Positions 12,720 to 26,683 of a stretch of DNA of 64,000 nucleotides are shown in pieces. Each line of letters starts with the position of its first letter. The stretch's first letter is position 1. The notes below the pieces were generated by a model. That model was not told where the DNA came from. It was given only the letters and a program-made list of their open reading frames with translations, and ran no database searches. The stretch comes from Cenococcum geophilum (Eukaryota): contig CP158636.1 in the NCBI GenBank assembly GCA_050273025.1, positions 7,502,001 through 7,566,000 on the forward strand, given 5' to 3'. A program made the position numbers and the translations under genes.

Positions 12720-15700
12720 TTCTTAATAAGAAACCCCTCCTATTATTATATTATCCGTTATCCTTATAAGCCTAAACAATTAGGATAAATAGATTAAGGT
12801 TATTAAGTTAAAAGCGAATAATAATTATCTCTAAAAGTATATTAACCCATTAACACCTAAGACCGATCTGCCATAGCTTAAAGAACCTATTCGTGCCTTA
12901 CCTAAGGATGCTAATAGCTAGGGGAAGACGAAGCTCGCGGACCTAGATAAGGAGGAAAAGAAGGAGCTTTATACGCTTAAAGCCGATTATAGGAATAATA
13001 TAAAGCTATATAGAAAATAGCTATTAGCTCTTAATACGTTGCGCAGCTATATTCTAAGCTCTATCTTACGTATCTATCTTATCTATACGTTTAAATGCAC
13101 CACTACCTATAACGTCTTAGTATCTCTTAAGAAGAGAATTACTCTAACTAACTACACCTAAAAGCTTTAAATAGCTACTTAATATATAAAGCTTAAGAAG
13201 GCGCCTTAGAACTAGAACTTTAAGATCTAGTTATAAAAGTGGGAGAAGGTATATATAGAGTGTAAGGAGCAAGCTCTACCTAAGGTAGATGGTAATTGTT
13301 TGGTAAAAGACTTTATATACGTAGTCGAATCTATTATACTAAGCTAGTTAGAATATTAGAAGAACGAGCTTAATAAGCGTAAGTAGGAGAAGAAGACGCT
13401 TCTTACCTTCTTTAAACTAGTTAAAATATACCGAAATTACTGTTGTATAGACCTCGCCTAGAAGGGCAAAACCCCATAAGGAGGATCCTTTGGAGTTACC
13501 TTTAAAGATAAGTTACTAAATTTAAAGCCTAAATTAAAGCCTTAATTGTTAGCAGATAAGCAGAAGAAGAAAAGGCAACTGCCGCTAGAGTGCCTATGCG
13601 GAAAGCGTTACTACTTTAATAAATGCTAGTACATTATAAAGTTAATTTCTTGCCCATTGTGGTTTAAACTAAGTAACGAAATTTAGAAGAAGGTGGATAA
13701 GAAGATTACTAATGCGACGCCCGAAATTAAGGCTTATATTAAGCAAATTAAAAAGGACGATTAAGCTAATAAAAAGGACGATTAAGCCAATAAAAAGCCA
13801 AAGGAAGGCAGTAATTAGAGCTTATAAGGGCCTACTAAAAACTTTATAGTTTATTATATAGGATCTAATAATATAGCTTTTAATTACAAGCTTTGCGATA
13901 GTGTAATTCTTAACTTAGGAACTAGCCTATACGTCTTTAACAATAGAGCTAGGTTTATTAGTGATATTAAGCCTATATTAGAACGCGTCTATATAGGCTC
14001 GCATATAGAAGAAGTTATAGGCTATAGCATAGCTGTAGTTATAATTAACTACCTAAAAGGGAAGAAATAGATATAGCTCTTAGAAGCAGCCTTTATACTA
14101 GGCTTTTATACCAACTTAGTATATCTTAATAAGCTTAATAATAAGGGAGTCTACTAGAATAATAAAGAGAACACTCTCTTTTATAGCGACGATAAGACGT
14201 ACGCCTACTATAGCCGCTACTATAGTTAAAACACTATTAAATATAATAAGCCAAAAAGTAACTTACCTAAGGCTTTATTTGCGACTTAATTAAAGCCAAT
14301 AAAGCATTTATTAAAGCCTTTACTAAATTAGGCAGAAGGCTATATATAGTACTAGCAAATAGGCCATGTAGGAAAAGACGCAATTAAGTAACTACTTTAG
14401 TTAGTAATAGGCGCGATTATAAAAGGCCTAATAACGGTAGAATATAAATTGTATGGAGTAAGTAAAGCTTATAAGGTGGTATCTAGAAGACCTTTAACTC
14501 AGTCGCTAGTTCCTTTCTATAAAATCTACCTTAATTTAATACCCAAAATAGTCGCATTTAATGGCGATAAGTATGCGGTATACTTCCTTAATAACACGAC
14601 GCGAATAAATAAGGTAGAGATAATGGCTAAGAAGTTGTCCCTTACCCAAATTGTTATTAAATATTGTAATATCATCGAACGACGATATGGCTTTAAGGTA
14701 GCCATTATCCACATAAATAGAAAGACGTCTCTTATAGGCGAATTTAAGGAATAGGTAGCTGAATAAGGAATTAGTATTAAAAGATTAGCACCTAATACTT
14801 AATTATAAAACGGTCCAGCGGAATAATCTAGGGGGGTAATTATATAGAAGGCTTGGTATATAAAAATTAAGGCTTATCTACTAGAGGAGCTATATCCTAA
14901 AGTCTATAAAGTAGCTGCCTATCTACTTAATTAAACGCCTAGTAGAAGACTTGGGTGGTAGACGCCTTTTAAAAGAATCCAGTTAGCTATGGGTATATTA
15001 CCACCAAAACTAAATATAGGCCACCTATAAGTCTACGGCTATAGGGCCTACCCTCTTAAGTATAATATTCTACGCCTAAATAAGCTCGCGCTAAGGGCCT
15101 ATATAGAATATCTAGTAGGATATAATTTAATAAATATATTCCAAATCTACATTTCTAGTTAAAAGAAGGTTATAAGAATTAGAGACGTAAAGTTTAATAA
15201 GTGGTTACTTTATAATAACTTATAGCCAAATCTAGCAAATATACTCTAAGTTAGAACTAACCAAATATTAGAAATTATTAATATCCATTAAATATAGGAT
15301 CTTTAAGACGAATTGGAATTATCGTCTAATAAAAGTAATAAGACTTAAAATGAGATTCGAGTTAATACTAAAGGGAGATAATAGGTGAAATCTGGTAGAA
15401 ATAAGGAAGAGCCTAATATTAAGAGTAGTAAGTAATAAGATTTAAGCTCTAAAGATGACTTAGCTCTAGGGCTTTCTACCCTAGATAAGATACTAAAACC
15501 TAACTTACTGGAGCCTCTACTACCGTCCTTAAATACTTTAGTAAAGAAGCCGCACTATATCCTAGTTCTAACTAATAAAGCTAAGCTAAAGAAGAAGATT
15601 AATGGCGATATAGGAGAGCAAAACGTGGTTAAAGGAAAAAGACTTAAAGGATAATTAAAGATCTACGTAGGCTTTCTTGCTAACGTTACCAACTAAAGCC

Positions 15701-16140
15701 TTCTAGCTTAAAGATTAGCCTTTAATATAGGGCTTACATTTTATAAAAAGCTATACCGTAATTAGCTCCTACCGCCGCCTAGGAATTAAAAGGAGCTTTA
15801 AAAATATTAATATAAGGAAGAGTTCGCGGCTGCTGCTTAGAAGGAATATATAGACCTTTAAAATTAAGGAACGTTTTAAGTCGTTAATAAGATAATCTAT
15901 ATTAAAACCGTACCTATTATCTGGGTATTTATATATAAGACTAATATTAATAGATATTTAACGAGATTTAAAGCTTATCTTTATATATGAGGTAATCTAT
16001 AAGAGTTAGTTTATAAGGATACCTATACCGTAACTTTAGCAGCAAGATCGTTTAGAGCCTTAATAGCTATTATTGTAATATTTAACCTAAACTGCTAGTA
16101 AGGTAACGCTATTAATGTATTTATAAATAGCGTAATTAAT
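12720..16140 (+). pseudogene. copia gag-pol, 5' part (gag, zinc knuckle, protease, integrase, start of RT)
   Basis: CLCGKRY(H)YFNKC at ~13591; VILN(D)L(S)GTSLY(H)V at ~13903; IGHVGK and integrase core 14340-15200 (ORF 14449-14754); WVFIYKT..RFKA and TLAARSFRAL at ~15920-16060. Confidence 0.88.
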
Positions 16141-19100
16141 AATAATAATAATAATAATAATTCATTGCTTAACGTCCGATTTAGATCCCTATTAGGCCTA
16201 TGTGGACTACTCCTTATTTACATATAGGGAGAAAACTCTATTTAAGAAAAATGAGAAAACCCCGTGATTTATCTCCCCGCCTTTTAGGACTCGCCTACTT
16301 AGCGCCTACGAGTCGCCTATAGTACTCTACTACCTTACTGTTTAACCTCCTTGGGAACTACTGCTGCCGTAATAAGCCTACGGACGCGCTAGTATTATAA
16401 ACTATTACTCTACTACTATAGAGTTACTAGGGGGTACCTACTGCTTGCCCCCTTGCCTTCTATTACCATTTCCCTTATAACCTAAAACTGATTTAGCACA
16501 TTTTAACTAATAAGCCACTAGGTGACCGCCTTAAGGCCTTTTTATATTAAAAGCAGTGTATTATAGTTCTCTATGCCAGCTGCTGAGAGTATTATTTCTT
16601 AATTGGTGCGTAGGGGGCATAGCAGTATTACGTGTTTTAGTGTCTGTTTTAGCTAGCTATATTCGCATTTTGGGCTACCTACTGGGACACCTACCCAGTA
16701 AAGCTAATCTTTTAGTCCTATTATTCCTGTTCTTAAGAGTGTTGCTATTATATTTTCTGCCTTTATTAGGCCTTCTCGGAGCCCTTGGGTATTTACCCCC
16801 TATGGCGTTAACTATGCTATAGCTTGGGTTCATCTTGCCTAAGTTAGCCTCTATACCTTTAACTCCTATTTACCTCTCTAGCGTTGGTTTAACTAGTATT
16901 ATATTGCGGTAGATGGTTTCCCGGCATTCTTACGTGTTCTACTTTAGCTCCTTTCTCTATTTTACTATCTTTACTAACCTCTTACGCGTCTCCCTTCCTC
17001 CTCTATATGGGCCTAGGCCCTAAAGTGGCACTATTCTTCTTTTACTTTTTTTACCTGTTTCTCTAATATCTCTTCCCTACTTTGGGGTTATTGGTTTGTT
17101 CTCCTATAGGACACCCTAAGGTCCCTCTATAGTTTACTTAGGCGTGTCTTAATATACTTTATAATATTAGAGTTGTGTTTATTTTACGTCCTTTATATTA
17201 CAGCGGCTTTAATATATAACTGTAGGGGGGGAATATTAGATTCCTTCTTAAGTAGTACTGTGGCCGTTCGCTTATACTTACCTGTAATACTTTAAAGGCA
17301 GGCTATTTAGACCTTTTAAAGTAGTTTAAGGAGTAATTTAGGGGGGCCCTTCTTAGTTTCTCTAATGGCCCAAATACTAGATCTATATATTATAGTTAGC
17401 CGGACGACTGCTGTATATAATAGGCGTGACCTCTAGAAGTATGGACCCTATATAGAATTAACAATTCTGGATAAAGTAATAAACTGTGCTTGGCCTTTAT
17501 AGGCCGCTTGCGCCGTATATACGCTCTACTAGAGCTTACTATCTACCTATACTCCTAATACCCTTAGGCCCTAAACTAGTTAACCCCTAAAGCCTTAGAT
17601 GCGAATTATATACTAAAAATCTGCAGATTGGTTGCGTTTTCTTATAAAATAAATTAGCTGGTATTTCTCTAGTAAGAATTAGACTCTATAATATTTTGCC
17701 TATTCTATATAAGTGTTATAGGCTTTCTTTAGTGTTCTATAATTCTCTGCGGCTATTAGCCCGTATATAATTAGGTTTATATTATTAATGAAGCCTATCC
17801 CTTAGGTCGCCCCTTCCTTAAAGGAGTTAAGTAGGTTGCTTATAAAGAAAAGGAAGAGTATAGGCGAGAGGGGTAATCCTTGTGGTATTCCTGTTGTAAC
17901 TACAATAGGGGGGCTCTAGTATTCGCTAAAGACCAGTAATATTTCTTTCTGGCCTATAAACCCTTAGATAAATTATATAATCTATTTTAGGAAGCCCTTT
18001 GCCCTAAGGATATATAGGAGACGCTTATGGGGTATATTATTATAGGCACTACTAATATTTAGGCTAAGCATTAATACTATAAAGTCCTTTTATATCGCCT
18101 ATGCAGATTTAATAGTAGTAGTGAGTAGCGTAAGTGCTAATAGTGTTAAGCGGTTTTTTTTTGCCCCTATTTGGCTTTATGGTAGTAGGGCGTATTCCTC
18201 TGCCGTGTCTACTATACGTTCCGCTATTACCCTTTCTAAGATCTTGCTAAGGGTGTTTTTTAAGGCAATAGGGCGGTAGCTTCCTAGGATTAAGTAATCT
18301 ACTTTACCTTTTTTTTATAGGATAACCGTCGTTATAGATCTTCCGAGTTATAGGTAGTAGCCTATAACAAAGTATACTCTAGCTATATCTATAAGCTAAG
18401 GTGCTATAAGTGGCCCATAGGTTTTTAGGGCCTTATTTGGAATCCTATCTGGTCCTAGTACTATATTGTTTAAAAGGCGGCTAATAGTTCTAGCCATTTT
18501 CTCTATTGTTATGTCGCTGTTGACCTATAGGCGAGTCACCGGTGTTTTGTCTGTAATATTACTAAGGTCTGCTGGAGCTAGTTAGGGGAAGAACCTTTCT
18601 ATAAGGATCTTTGCCTTCTTATTGTTGTTATTTATAGCCTATAATTCTTCTGCTCTTTATAGGGGTGGTAGGTATAGGTCTTCTGCTAGGCGCCCTACCT
18701 TTTTCTTTACCTATTTTGCTATAGCCTAAAGGCCCTTATTATGGGGGAGGCTTAGGTTAAAAGTATGCTCGTTTATAAACCGTCTCTAGTTATTCCTTAC
18801 TTCTTTTTTTAGGGTATTCTTTAGCTAGTTTCTTGTGTCTTTATATTGTCTTTTGTCTTTAGGGTCGTGACTGCTTATATATTTCCTTTTTGCTTATCGT
18901 TGGCTGGTAACTAGAACTGCGCATTATATGGACCATGCGTGTCGCGTGTAGGGGCCTGGTTTTAAGCAGGTGGTTATATAGTAGAGTTTAACATACCTGC
19001 TTATCTAGGCCTCTACCCCAGTTTTTTAGTATTTATCCTAAACCTAGGCCTAAAGGCCTAGGGGCTTTCTATAAGCAGTTGGCTGCTACTACCTTAATGG

Positions 19101-20817
19101 GGGGTTTCACCAGTTCTTTGGATATCTTATAATGGGTTAGCCTAAGTACTAGTCTGCCCCCCCGCAGTCTATATAAAAGTCTCCTCCTAGAGTTAGTACG
19201 CTTTCGTACGGCTTAGGAGCCTTTTATAGCCTCTGGTTTTATACCTTTTCTATTATTTCCGCTGGTATAGGTATAAGCTGCCTTTTCTAGGGGTCGTAAC
19301 TCCCGTCTTATGTGCCTATTGGCGTAATCCTATAAAGGTATTATAGCTGCATCCTGCAATATAGAAGCCTTAGGTACCTTCTACAGTTAAAGCCCAGACT
19401 AAAAAAGCCTCCCCTACCTAAGTAACTCCTGTTTGCTCCTTAAGCGTATCTTACTAGCGTACTGCCCTAGAGGCGAACGGTTCCGTCTATTAATATACCG
19501 ACACGCGCATCCGTTCTCTTAAGCTACGTAGTAATCTCTCCGGCTAGGGCATAATCCTACCTGCCTACTAGGTGCACTAGGGGTTAGAGCCTAGCTAAGG
19601 GGTAAGGTCCCTAGAGCTAGTAGTGGCTACTATATACTACGCCCTATGGGAGGCTAGTAGAAGTATAGGGGCGTAACACCCTATACTACTGCCAGTTCCC
19701 GTTTTACGTTACCTATAGGAGTCTTCTTATAATAGGCCGACCGTGTCTTATAGGAGGGGGGCTATAGAGACGCTAGGTCCCGCACCAGGTGACCTACTCC
19801 CCCCCCTCCTACTAACTAAGCTTATATCCCCTCTTTTTATAAGCTATGCCTATATCTCTAACTATTAAGTCCTCGTCCAACTGGCCTGTATTTCCCCTAT
19901 AGCCTCCCCCATATATATACATTAGGTCGCGTACACCACGCCTATTAAGACCCTCCTATAAGTCGCCTTATGCATATGCGCATTAGGTTACGTGCACTAC
20001 GCCTATTAAGACCCTCCTATAAGTCGCCTGCGAGTCGACTATAAGTTAACTGTAAGTTGACTGAGTCGTACGCCATGGGGCCGTCGAAGCTGGCCTGTGT
20101 TTCCGCTGCCTAGAGCTTTGCCCGTATTTCCACCTCGTTAAGCCGTCTGGTCGCCGTCGCGTTGCCGTCACGTTACCGTCGCGTCGCTGTCGCTGTACTA
20201 GGTCGCGCGCACCACGCCTATTAAGACCCTCTTCTAAGTTACCTGGGTGTAACTGGATACCAGATAGACCCTCGTAGAGGGGCCTTAACGAGTTCTCTAG
20301 GCAGGGCCTTAACAAGTTCTTCGCGGTGGCCTTGGGGCCTTAATAAGTTTTATACAAAGTATCTGCGACGCGTTAACCTTAACAAGTTCTTATAAAAAGA
20401 GGATCCCTACGCCCTTATCGCGCACACTTTACGATTTTAGAGCTAGTGTAAGCCTAAGGGTGTCCTGTTATACGCCTAGGACGCGTCCACATTAATTGGC
20501 TGAATAAGGCCAGTTTCGGGCCTGGCTGCGAGCCAGGTAGTTGTATATTGGGCGGTTTTTATATCCCAGTTTCCCTTAATGGGCCTCCCTAGATGGTAGA
20601 ATAGGAGCTCTAAGCGGAGGCAGTGAGGCTCCTGGTGTTGTTAAGGGCGATGCTTTGCACGCGTTGCGGGCTCATCACTACAGAGTCGAACGACAGCGCT
20701 GCACGCGCTGCGACGGCTCTCTACCATCGCCTCTGCACTTGGCCATCAAGAGGAATAGGATTCCAGATGATGTTTCCACCTGCGGCGACGTGGACGCGTG
20801 CAGTAGGGCTTCGCGGG
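16141..20817 (-). mobile_element. Tad-like non-LTR retrotransposon (LINE), RIP-degraded, inserted in copia RT
   Basis: (AAT)n tail at 16141-16161; TSD (T/C)AGCGTAATTAAT at 16128-16140 and 20818-20830; the copia RT frame resumes directly after the second copy. Confidence 0.9.
16480..18990 (-). pseudogene. LINE ORF2: reverse transcriptase plus C-terminal CCHC finger
   Basis: GPDRIPNKAL (~18450), GKVDY..LGSYRPIALKNTLSKILERVIA (~18310-18220), TGIPQGLPLSPILFLFF (~17890), IGFINN (=FxDD, ~17790), CEY...QTLKHVILLCP (~16670-16615). Confidence 0.88.
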
Positions 20818-22012
20818 CAGCGTAATTAATAAGGTCGTATACGTTAAGTATTTAGATAGATTTCTGGTTAAGGGTAAGTACCTACTTCTCTAAAGAGCGC
20901 TCTACGGATTAAGGCGATTACCTCTGCTATGGCACGGTAACTTAACAATAACGCTAAAAAAGGAAGGCTTAAAGCCAGTAGCGGAGGAACCTTGCCTATA
21001 TTACAATGATTGGCTAATAGTCTTCTTCTACATTAATAATATTATAGCTATATTTAGGAAAAAAGATCTACTTAAGCTCTAAACCTTTAAGGAGCACCTT
21101 ATAAGAAAGTATAAGATAAAGGACTTAGGTAACCTTACCTAGTTCTTAAGAATTTAAATTATCCGTAATAGAAAAAATAGGAAGCTCTGGCTTAGCTAAA
21201 ATTCCTATATTAATAAAATTGCGATAAGCTTTAAAGTTAAAGATTATTGTAAGATATATATACTAATGGGTATTAAGGAACTTAAGCCTAATCTAAAGTA
21301 AGCCTTTAAGTAGAATACCTACGCCTATTAGAGGAAAGTTGGATCTATACTCTATACAGCTAATATCACTTATCTAGATATAGCGAGAATAGTAAGTAAG
21401 CTGTTAGAATTCTTATAAAATCCGTTACTAATTTATAACGCAGCTGCTATAAGGGCAATTACTTACCTTAATTAAACCAAAACTCTTATAATTAAGTACT
21501 TAAAGAAGAATGTAATAAACCAGATCTTTATAAGGGCTAATAATATATTATTTAGCAACAACCTAGTAAGTAAAAAGAGTATAGAAGGTTATCTATTTAC
21601 CTTATTTAGAGGGCTAATTAACTAGCGATCTATAAAGTAGAAGTTAGTAATAAAATTAAGCATAAAAGTAGAGCTTTTAGCCCTATCGCATACAGCTACC
21701 GAGTTAATTTAGTAGTAGCAATTCTTTAAAGAAATTGGATTTAACCCTAATAAGAAGTAAACAATATATTGCGATAACCTGTAGATAATTTAACTACTTA
21801 CTAAAAGCAACGCGGAGCTTAATACTAAGCTTTAATACGTTAATATCTATTACTACTAGCTCCGCCAGGAAGTTTGTAAAGGAAGTATTAATATTAAATA
21901 GGTGCCTACTGCGGATATAATAGCAGACGGCCTAATAAAGGCTCTGCCTCGTTAAAAGTATAAGATATTCGTTTAGCAATTAAACCTTATTAATATTAAG
22001 GATCTAATTTAA
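20818..22012 (+). pseudogene. copia pol, 3' part (RT, RNase H)
   Basis: RALYGLRR.PLLWH, EEPCLYYNDWLIVFFYINN (=YVDD), KSIEGYLFTLF, CDNL, ADIIADGLIKALP. Confidence 0.9.
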
Positions 22013-22140
22013 TTTAATTTAAATAATATTTGGGCAAAGTAAATATATAGAGGATTTCCTTTAACTTAACACCAAATTGCTATCGTAACTTTTTAGTATT
22101 TCTACAGCAGCCTAGAAGGCTCTGTGCAGCTAGGGGGGTG

Positions 22141-22402
22141 TGTTGACCTAAATCGAAGTTCCTTATTACCATCGTAATACTGTCTGACGACCTAGATCGT
22201 CTATACGAACTATGTTTTAGTTGTCTCGTATCTTGAGCTCGTATGTCTTATCGAACGTCTTATTACCTGTTTCTCTTAACTATGACCTACTACATAACGA
22301 CGTCGTCGTTATTGTATTTGGGACCTACCTAATGTATATAAGAGAGCTTCTAGAGCCCTCTTTAATAAAACAGAGTTCTTATTCCTGATCGTCCGTTCAA
22401 CA
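22141..22402 (+). repeat. 3' LTR of copia element (262 bp, TGTTG...CAACA)
   Basis: Terminal TGTTG/CAACA, preceded by a polypurine tract; matches 12382-12617. Confidence 0.93.
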
Positions 22403-23599
22403 GTAAGCCTATCGAGATCTCCGAATTTGGTGTGATCTATTTGGGGCCTTGTGATGCGTTATCCGGAGGCTTTCAGGGTCTCTGGGCAATAAAGCTGGAG
22501 ACGTGGATGGACACATCTCCGGTTCGGAATAGGATGGCAGAGGTTATGGCCGCAAAACAGGAAACTTGATGATCCTGTTTAGGGGTTTAAACGCTTCTAA
22601 GTACCCATAGCTATTTTAAAGTGGCTTATGCCGTAAGGTTTACCTTGAGAAACCTAGACTAGCATCTGCAGTTGCGGAATTATGGTGAGGAATGTCGAAC
22701 AGCCTTTGTAGTCTCCACCATATGGACCTACACATTGGCGCTTCCCACGAAAGGCCCCAGCGTAATACCAGCCACACTACTGAAGCCAAATAGCGACATA
22801 GGCGGGCTTCGAGCTTTGTCTCCTCTCCACACATCACTGATACTGCCACCGACAATATTTATGGATACCGAAGAGGCACCCCCTCCGAACAATCTCGTTA
22901 CGACGAGGGTTGCAAACTTTTGGGCGAATGCTGAGGGGAATAGAAAGATCTTGAAGATTATATAAGCAACCTGTGTTGTACTTTAATGTTAGTACTTGAG
23001 CATAATATTGCTACCCCTTAGAGAGTAGGGAGAGTTAAGATTACTGACAAAGGAGCCTGGCATCCTTCCCGTATTCTCCATCAATGGACAAAAACGGGCG
23101 GAAACAGCGCAGCACCCACGTTCCAGCTCGCCGTAGCCAAATATAGATTTGGAAAAGGTTCGTTTTGAACGTAGAAGTGAGAAGCTATATATGCATTTCC
23201 GGAGCCATATGAGCCCGCAGGAAGACCGGTAAGGATGGAAATGGAGCATACTATCACTGTAAGGAACCATTTGTACTTCAATGACCAATTGAACCTGGAG
23301 ATGACTATCAACCAGACAAGTTTATCACATGGAATTTGTCGAGAGCTGAGTTAATTGGCATATGGGTTGTCTGGGTCGTTAGGACCGTTCCAAGTATATA
23401 TCTCTACCTCCTGTTTCTCGCCATTAATTACTTGAGTCCAGTGTAGGCAAAAATAATCCGACGGTCAATATTATTGGCCAATATTTAGTATTGGCCAATA
23501 TCGCTAAATTACCCAATATCGGCCAATATCGGCCAATAATTCTTGGCATTCCCCACAACCCTAAATTTCTTTTACAATATTTATTATACATATAATAAA

Positions 23600-25650
23600 A
23601 TGGCTTCTAATAATGAAATATTAAATTCTACACCATCTACTAGTACAAAAAGATTAAAAGATAAAAGGAACCCTAAAATCTGGTGCTATATATAAGATCC
23701 ATATAATAATAAGCTAAAAAAATACCGGGATAAGCAATATATTTTATATTGCAAATATTATATAGAAAAACTATACGGCGCAAAGTATATTATAAATTTC
23801 CGGAATTATCTTATAAAGAAGTATAAGATTACTGTTTCTAAAACCCTAGGTATTATTTATTAAGGTGCTAAAAAAAAGCTTTAAGATCTATATATGCAGC
23901 TTTATATAAAATATAATTATATAGAGGTTAATTCTCTTACACTTAAAAACGCTCTTAATAAGGAGGCTATTATAGCTGCCTTTATTTCCCTTATTACCGT
24001 ATAAAATCTTCCACTTTAACTTATTAAGTGGCTAGAGTTCCATACATTTTACTAGGTCCTTAATCTAGAGGTAGAGGGTTTTATTATAACAACTTATATA
24101 TAAGTAAGGAAGAGGATTAAAGAATTATAGGAATTAATAAAAGACATTATACGAAAGAAGCTTTAGTTAGCAATATCAAGTATTTATCTTTTAGTTAATA
24201 TTTAGACCTCTTCTAATTAGCATCTTCTCCTTAAAGTCTGCGCCTACTTTATTAAGCAAAACTTAAAAGGACTCTCTAGAGCTCTCCTTGCTCTTTATAC
24301 GGTACAATCTCACAGTAAAAATAATTAGTTTTTAACTCTGCTTCCTATACTAAAGGACTACAGGATTATATAAAAGCTTAGTATAGTTATCTCAGATAAT
24401 GCGGGAATGAATAATACTCTTTGTTGTATAATTAAAAAGTATATAAAAGAGGAGGAAGCTATTATATGGAAATCTTTATACAAACAAATCCGTTGTAATG
24501 GCTATATTATTAATCTTGCTATCTAAGCCTTTTTTTAAGGCTGAAGTTAAGCAGATTAATTTATACAAAGCTAAAGATAAAGATAAAAAATTTTAAGATA
24601 TAGGCGCCCTTAGAAAGCTCTATAATAATATTATATATATATAAAGCTCTCCTAGCCGTATAAGGGCTATTAAAGAGCTAGTAGGAAGACGAATTCTACT
24701 TAATAATCGTACAAGATGGAACAGCTAGTGTGAGATATTATAGGTTGCTATTTAATATAAGCCTACAATAAATTAATACATAAAGAAGTACGGCTTAGAT
24801 AATAATTTTCTAAACTCTATAGACCGGAAACAGCTTTATACGATAATAGGCTTTCTTCTTATCTTTAAGAAAGTAACTCTTATGACTTAAGGGCATAATG
24901 CAACAATCTTAGATATACTTTTTCAAATGGACCTCCTTGTGCACTACTTTAAAAACAGCTTAGTAAGGTATATATATTTAGAGGGAGTATATATAGGCTA
25001 ATATCGTACAATAGGAAGATTATAAAGAAGATAAATTCTTCTGTAAGCGGATTAAGGCTGGTTAGGAGGTATTTAATAAATACTACCTAAAGTCTAATAA
25101 GTCTCCGCTATATGCTGCAGTAATTATTCTTTATTTATAATGTCGTACGGAGTATATTAAAGCAAATTGGAGTAAGAAGTAGCGAAAGCTAGCGCTTAAT
25201 ATAGTAGAGCAACTTTAGAACGAGTATTAAAGTTAGTATTAAGGCCCCTAGCTTTTACTACAAGCATTAAGTGCTATATTATATAAGAAGGCCTTATCTA
25301 AAGAAGATCTTGATCTATATAAGCAGCTTATTAAGAACCTTAATAAGTTTAATTGCCTAAAAAGCTAAGATGAGTATAAGAACTATATTGCTGAGAACCC
25401 ACTTCGTATTAAGGTTTCTCCTCTTAAATGGTAGTGTTAAGATAAGTAATATAAGCGTTAGCCATGACTCTTATTAATAGCTATTAATATTCTATTAATT
25501 CTAGCTATAAGTAATGACCTAAAGTAGGTATTTTTAGAAGCATGTTGTATGGTTTTATAGGAGCAAGCAAAGCTTAGGGTTGATATAATTGAGATACTTA
25601 AATGCTTAAAAAATTGGAAGCAGAATTAAATGGTAATAAAAGAGTTTTAA
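23600..25650 (+). pseudogene. hAT transposase (RIP-inactivated)
   Basis: BED-like KIWCY..FYCKY; SDNAGMNNT; IRCNGY(H)IINLA; RRIL(P)LN(D)NRTRWNS; C-terminal dimerisation-like segment at ~25420-25620; probable intron at ~24963-25013. Confidence 0.88.
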
Positions 25651-25758
25651 TGGAGAAGAGTTAATTATACGGATAAAAAAGGAAAAAAAAGAATACTTTA
25701 AGCTAAATGCAGAATAGAATAGAATATATGTATATATTTCTTCGTATAACACGTAATT

Positions 25759-26683
25759 ATGCGCTCCTTCTTTATATAGTACTTTACCTTATTTAACCTC
25801 TCTTCTTCCTTTATCTTTAACCTAGCTACTATTTACTACTATAACTAGTTTTGGCTTATTAGCTACTATTAAAACGTAAGTATCCTGGCTTTATATAAGT
25901 ATTGCCTAAGCCTCTAGCCTTGCTAATATACTTTTAACTACCTACTTTATATAAGTGTTAAGCACTAACAAGTAAAGCAGTAACAGCAGCACTACTACCA
26001 CAACCACTACCACCACTACTACTACTACTAGTTCATTAACTACCAACATGTAAGTATTCTTACTTTATATAAGCATTACTTAAGCCTCGCCCTTTACTAA
26101 TCTACCCTGGTTGCTTACTTTGTATAAATACTGATATATATATAGGGCCCTTATTCTTTAGGATGCCGCCACCGCCGCCTAAGCCCTTGCTGCCGCCGCC
26201 TAGAACCCCTAAGCCCCCATTCTCTTTATAGGATAGCAGCAGTTAGCCCTATATATATATAGTCCATAGGGCCAAGCACTTCTAGCCCTTCCTAGGCAGG
26301 ATATAGTGTTTATGCGCGGGAGCATTTACCTATATTAGATAGGAATGCATCGGCCCTTATACGTTAACGCCATCCTTATATAATTTTGTAGAAGGGTGGT
26401 GGATTAACCTTACCAGCGGTGCCGCGGCGCTGTGCTAGGCCTACAACCCTTCCCGTCGTACCGTCGGGCTAACGGTTACTTTAGCGGTTACTGCGCCAAT
26501 TATAAATAGCCTAACTATGCTAGTTAGTGCACCGTATAAGACGAGGGTGATAATGCACCTGCGCTGGCCAACCGTGGCTTGCCCCTAGTAGGGGGAGGGG
26601 GGTCTAGGACGGCGACAGATCCTCTCTTAATAGAGGATAATAAGCCTGGGGCTACGGCCCAAAATGTAATTATTTTAGCTTAG
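25759..26683 (+). pseudogene. DUF3716-like cysteine-rich protein gene inside the hAT element
   Basis: 26350-26540 reads HRPLYVNAILI*FCRRVVD*PYQRCRG...PFPSYRRANGYFSGYCANYK*PNYAS*CTV, which reverts to RPSYVNAILIQ..G....PC..C...PF..C....GHFGGCCANCKW.DHA.QC. 5' exons are uncertain. Confidence 0.7.

Larger units (their letters stand above)
12382..22402 (+). mobile_element. Ty1/copia LTR retrotransposon, RIP-degraded, interrupted by a LINE
   Basis: Two LTR copies; PBS-like GTTATAAGCC (RIP form of GGTTATGAGCCC) at 12618; PPT AGGGGGG before the 3' LTR; domain order gag-PR-IN-RT-RH. Confidence 0.92.

Noticed and set aside
20640..20700. Hammerhead ribozyme at the LINE 5' end (GTGATGAG...CAAA on the minus strand)
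   Set aside because: The core CUGAUGA and GAAA are not intact and the flanking stems could not be built.
22403..23430. Possible gene in the non-RIP island (ORF 22672-22965 and neighbours)
   Set aside because: Coding-like fragments only, with no recognisable motif or consistent exon model.
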